A DNA stretch of 64,000 nucleotides from an uncultured Pseudobdellovibrionaceae bacterium (lineage in GTDB: Bacteria > Bdellovibrionota > Bdellovibrionia > Bdellovibrionales > UBA1609). Below the pieces are notes generated by a model. That model made no database searches, was not told where the DNA came from, and saw nothing but the letters and a program-made list of their open reading frames with translations. Made by a program: the position numbers and the translations under genes. Location of the stretch: positions 37,881-101,880 of the forward strand of contig CAWDNU010000005.1 of the NCBI GenBank assembly GCA_963803705.1, given 5' to 3'. This document shows positions 61,047-64,000 of the stretch, one piece after another (within the stretch, counting starts at the first letter, position 1; every line of letters begins with the position of its first letter).

Positions 61047-61093
61047 AAGAAAAGCTCCAAGCTGAAACACATCCACCAGCTATGCTGAATGAC

Positions 61094-61171
61094 AAAAGGA
61101 CAAAAGGTGCCAGGTTCCAAACGCTGGATGCGCTGCAACCAGCGTTTGGAACCTGGCACCTTTTGCCTTTT
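61094..61171. repeat. Long inverted repeat (27-bp perfect arms)
   Basis: CAAAAGGTGCCAGGTTCCAAACGCTGG (61101-61127) and its exact reverse complement (61139-61165), extended by AAAAGG/CCTTTT. Confidence 0.95.
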
Positions 61172-61187
61172 CAGAGACAATCTAGAC

Positions 61188-61216
61188 TTGTCATCCAGAT
61201 TTTTATGGAACATAAT
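61188..61216 (+). promoter_or_regulatory. Sigma70-type promoter of xerD (leaderless candidate)
   Basis: TTGTCA-N17-CATAAT-N6-ATG(61223). Confidence 0.6.
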
Positions 61217-61222
61217 ATTTCT

Positions 61223-62096
61223 ATGCTACCAATGTGGATTGAATTTTTTGAAGATTTAGAATTTGTTCGAGGGCGCTCTAAAAATACTGTTCTATCTTAC
61301 CGACGTGACCTTGAGCTTTACGAAGACTTCAAGAAATCAACATGAAGATATCCACAGTATATACTCGTTTCTAAAAAAGAAGGGCTTGGGTGAACGCTCT
61401 CAGGCACGCTTTATAAGCAGCCTGCGGACTTACTTCAAGTTTTGTGAATTCAACGGCAAACCAGCCCCTGAATTAAGATCTTTAAAACTTCCTAAGGTAA
61501 AGGTTTCTGCACCCAAAGCGATTTCTTTAGCAGAGTTCGAGCGTTTATTTCAAGCTGTGAAGGTTCAAGATTCCGAATCTAAGACTTCTAGAAATCAACT
61601 TTTGCTATTGCTGCTTTTTGGTATGGGATGCCGAGTGTCGGAACTGATCAACGTAGAAATGAAAGATATCGATCTTGGTGAGGGTCATATTAAGTTTCTT
61701 GGCAAAGGTAATAAAGAAAGGCTAGTTCCTTTAACTGAAAAATTAATGTTAGATGTTAAAAGCTATGTTAGAAACTTTAGACCAGAGCTTATCAAAGACG
61801 GCACGATTAAAACATTACTGGTCAACGAACGTGGCAAGCCAATGACAAGAATTGATGTTTGGCGTTGGTTTGCTGCATGGTCTTCACAAGCCGGCTTTGC
61901 AAGCGTTATACATCCCCACCAACTAAGACATACATGTGCTACTAGCCTTCTTGAAAAAGGTGCTGATCTTAGAAGTATTCAAGTGCTACTTGGCCACTCT
62001 TCTATCCAAACCACTCAAATGTATACGCAAGTGAAGACTTCTAAGCTGAAGCAAGAAGTGGATGAGAAGCATCCATTTTCTAAGTTAAAAGTTTAA
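61223..62096 (+). CDS. xerD: Tyrosine recombinase XerD-like (one +1 frameshift near 61335)
   Basis: SKNTVLSYRRDL, GCRVSEL, GKGNKER, HPHQLRH, LLGHSSIQTTQMY and HP. Confidence 0.85.
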
Positions 62097-62105
62097 AAAA
62101 ATCCC

Positions 62106-62124
62106 AAGTCCGAATTCGGGACTT
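62106..62124. promoter_or_regulatory. AAGTCC-N7-GGACTT palindrome (operator-like site or short hairpin)
   Basis: AAGTCCGAATTCGGGACTT between xerD and comM. Confidence 0.4.
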
Positions 62125-62186
62125 ATCAGACAGGTTGAGTAGACTACTTTAGGTCTGTGTAAAACGCGATTTTGCAGATCTAACAT

Positions 62187-63644
62187 ATGAAAATCTTTGC
62201 TCCTCACTTTTTATCTGATGAAAATAAGTATATCGAAATCGAAGTTAGTCTACTTCCTGGTTTACCAAAATTTACTATCATTGGTTTGCCGGATTCTTCT
62301 TTAAAAGAAGGTGTTCTAAGGCTAAGAGCTGCTCTTTTCAACCAAGGCTTTGATTGGCCCAGGGGCCAACAAGTGGTTGTAAACTTAAAACCAACTGGGC
62401 TAAAAAAGCTGAATAAGGATTTAGAGTTTGCAATCGCCTTGGCATTTCTAGTGCAAACTCAGCAAATTGAACTAAAAGAGTTCGAAAGCTTCAAACGCAT
62501 ATTGGTTGCAGGAGATCTAAGTTTAAGTGGCACAGTTGGGCTTTCAAAGAGTCTTCATAAAAAAACTTTCTATGATTGGACAGGACCAATAATTTCTGGA
62601 AACTCGGAAAGTGAATATTTATATGACCATTATCGGGTTAAAGAACTTAAGGATCTATTAAACTTAAAAGATTTTTTTCAAAAAAAAGTAGAACTTGAAG
62701 AATTTTTGAAACGCCCAAATTTTTCAGATTTGCTTTGGAGTTCTAAAGAATCCCGGTTTATAGAGATACTTGCACTCGGTGGTCACTCAGCATTGATCGG
62801 TGGTCCTCAAGGTTGTGGAAAAACGACTTTGGCTAAAGAAATTTTACCACTAAAAGAGGCCCCGGACCTTTCAGAATATGAAGATATCCAATTAGCTTTT
62901 AAGGGCGGTTTACCTTGGCGACCTCAAATTCAACCACATCATTCGATTCCTAGGATTTCGTTGATCGGAGGTGGCGTTCCTCCAAAAATGGGCGAGGTTA
63001 GTCGCGCGCACCGCGGAGTTCTTATTTTGGATGAATTTCTTGAATTCAAAAAAGACTCTATAGAGGTGCTGCGAGAAGCTTTGCAAGAGGACACCGTGCA
63101 AGTGAATCGACTGGGTAGCGCTAACCAGTTCAAGACAGATATCCACGCGATTGCCACCACAAACCTGTGTCCGTGTGGAGCTTGGAATGGACAAGGGTAT
63201 AACATTCAATGTTCTCGCTCGCTTGCAAATTGCAAATCATATTTAAATCGCTTGGTGGGACCTGTTATAGATAGATTCGATATCCTTTGGCTTAAGCCCT
63301 ACAATAAAAAAAATAATCAGAACTTAAGTTCTGACCAGTTAAGAAATCTGGGATTTAAGTCTTCAGAAAATATTTTCGAACATTTGACTAAAGTTAGAAA
63401 ATTTAAAACTGATCTAGGACGGATAACACCAAATTCTAAGCTTTCGGTGAACCAAGTGTGGAAAAATCTAGAAAAAGATTGGATGAGAAACGTGTATGAA
63501 TTTACTTCGTCCTTAAGGCGAAAAATTTCTTTCTGGCAGGTTGCTCAGACACTGTCTGAACTAAATTTGGGTCAAACGATCAAAAAGCAGGCATTAACTG
63601 AAGCTTATGAATGGACTTCAAATGATTTTCAAAAATTAAATTAA
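62187..63644 (+). CDS. comM: YifB/ComM Mg-chelatase-like AAA+ ATPase
   Basis: GLPKFTIIGLPD, GPQGCGKT, PHHS, GEVSRAHRGVLILDE and NLCPCG. Confidence 0.85.
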   Translation: MKIFAPHFLSDENKYIEIEVSLLPGLPKFTIIGLPDSSLKEGVLRLRAALFNQGFDWPRGQQVVVNLKPTGLKKLNKDLEFAIALAFLVQTQQIELKEFESFKRILVAGDLSLSGTVGLSKSLHKKTFYDWTGPIISGNSESEYLYDHYRVKELKDLLNLKDFFQKKVELEEFLKRPNFSDLLWSSKESRFIEILALGGHSALIGGPQGCGKTTLAKEILPLKEAPDLSEYEDIQLAFKGGLPWRPQIQPHHSIPRISLIGGGVPPKMGEVSRAHRGVLILDEFLEFKKDSIEVLREALQEDTVQVNRLGSANQFKTDIHAIATTNLCPCGAWNGQGYNIQCSRSLANCKSYLNRLVGPVIDRFDILWLKPYNKKNNQNLSSDQLRNLGFKSSENIFEHLTKVRKFKTDLGRITPNSKLSVNQVWKNLEKDWMRNVYEFTSSLRRKISFWQVAQTLSELNLGQTIKKQALTEAYEWTSNDFQKLN

Positions 63645-63759
63645 AGTTGAACCTTACACCTGAACATAATGTGCAAGGTTCACCAAGCCCTATCAAAATA
63701 TGAATTCGGCTTGATCCGTCGACTCTTAGCTGATAATTTAATTTCTCTTAAGCCTAAAA

Positions 63760-63833
63760 GGTGGTGTGGCCGAGTGGCTAGGCAGTGGACTGCAAATCCA
63801 TTTACATCGGTTCAAATCCGGTCACCACCTCCA
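63760..63833 (+). tRNA. tRNA-Cys(GCA)
   Basis: GGTGGTG/CACCACC acceptor stem, anticodon GCA at 63792-63794, GGTTCAAATCC T-loop, U discriminator and encoded CCA. Confidence 0.97.
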
Positions 63834-63930
63834 ATTTAGTGAGTAGAAAAAGTCCCTTTACTGGGCAAAATCGTAAGTATTTAATATTAATAAAGAACTG
63901 GTTGATTGATTAAATCGATTTCAGGAATTT

Positions 63931-63946
63931 TGGCACTCACTTTGTT
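63931..63946 (+). promoter_or_regulatory. Sigma54-like promoter for a gene beyond the window
   Basis: TGGCACTCACTTTGTT (perfect -24 element; -12 GC changed to GT). Confidence 0.4.
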
Positions 63947-64000
63947 TCATCATATTTCATAAGATTGCTGATTAGTTGCTACTCTCATGCTACTCAGTTC

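Noticed and set aside
61223..63833. Integrase plus tRNA-Cys as a prophage or island attachment site
   Set aside because: The recombinase is XerD-like and in a core context; no duplicated tRNA 3' end or phage genes were noticed in the window.

Overview
AT-rich, gene-dense bacterial chromosomal segment, most likely from a Bdellovibrionota-like (predatory deltaproteobacteria-like) organism; this is inferred from gene content: an Agl/Glt gliding cluster, an FHA-sigma54 activator, CarD and many orphan lipoproteins. Core genes: secF (3' end), recJ, queC, eno, ftsB, polA, engB, kdsB-pyrG-kdsD-kdsC, azlCD, recG, lysS, fbaB, carD, gltX, uvrB, uvrC, sodC, xerD, comM/yifB and tRNA-Cys(GCA). An 11-kb Agl/Glt gliding-motor operon with an apparent GltD-GltE fusion is followed directly by an ABC/HlyD/TolC exporter whose only ATPase domain has lost its Walker A, signature and Walker B motifs. 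Non-coding structure includes three GC-rich, hairpin-bearing intergenic tandem arrays (41, 37 and 36 bp units; the last two look related and REP-like), a 27-bp perfect inverted repeat before xerD, GTCC-N7-GGAC operator-like palindromes, sigma54- and sigma28-like promoters, and several candidate leaderless genes. An accessory block of secreted proteins and lipoproteins (about 52-61 kb) contains a three-paralogue small-lipoprotein operon and a cryptic NlpC/P60 enzyme. Several genes (pyrG, uvrB, xerD, gltB, gltC) are split by single-base indels that look like sequencing errors. No CRISPR array, IS element or prophage was found.
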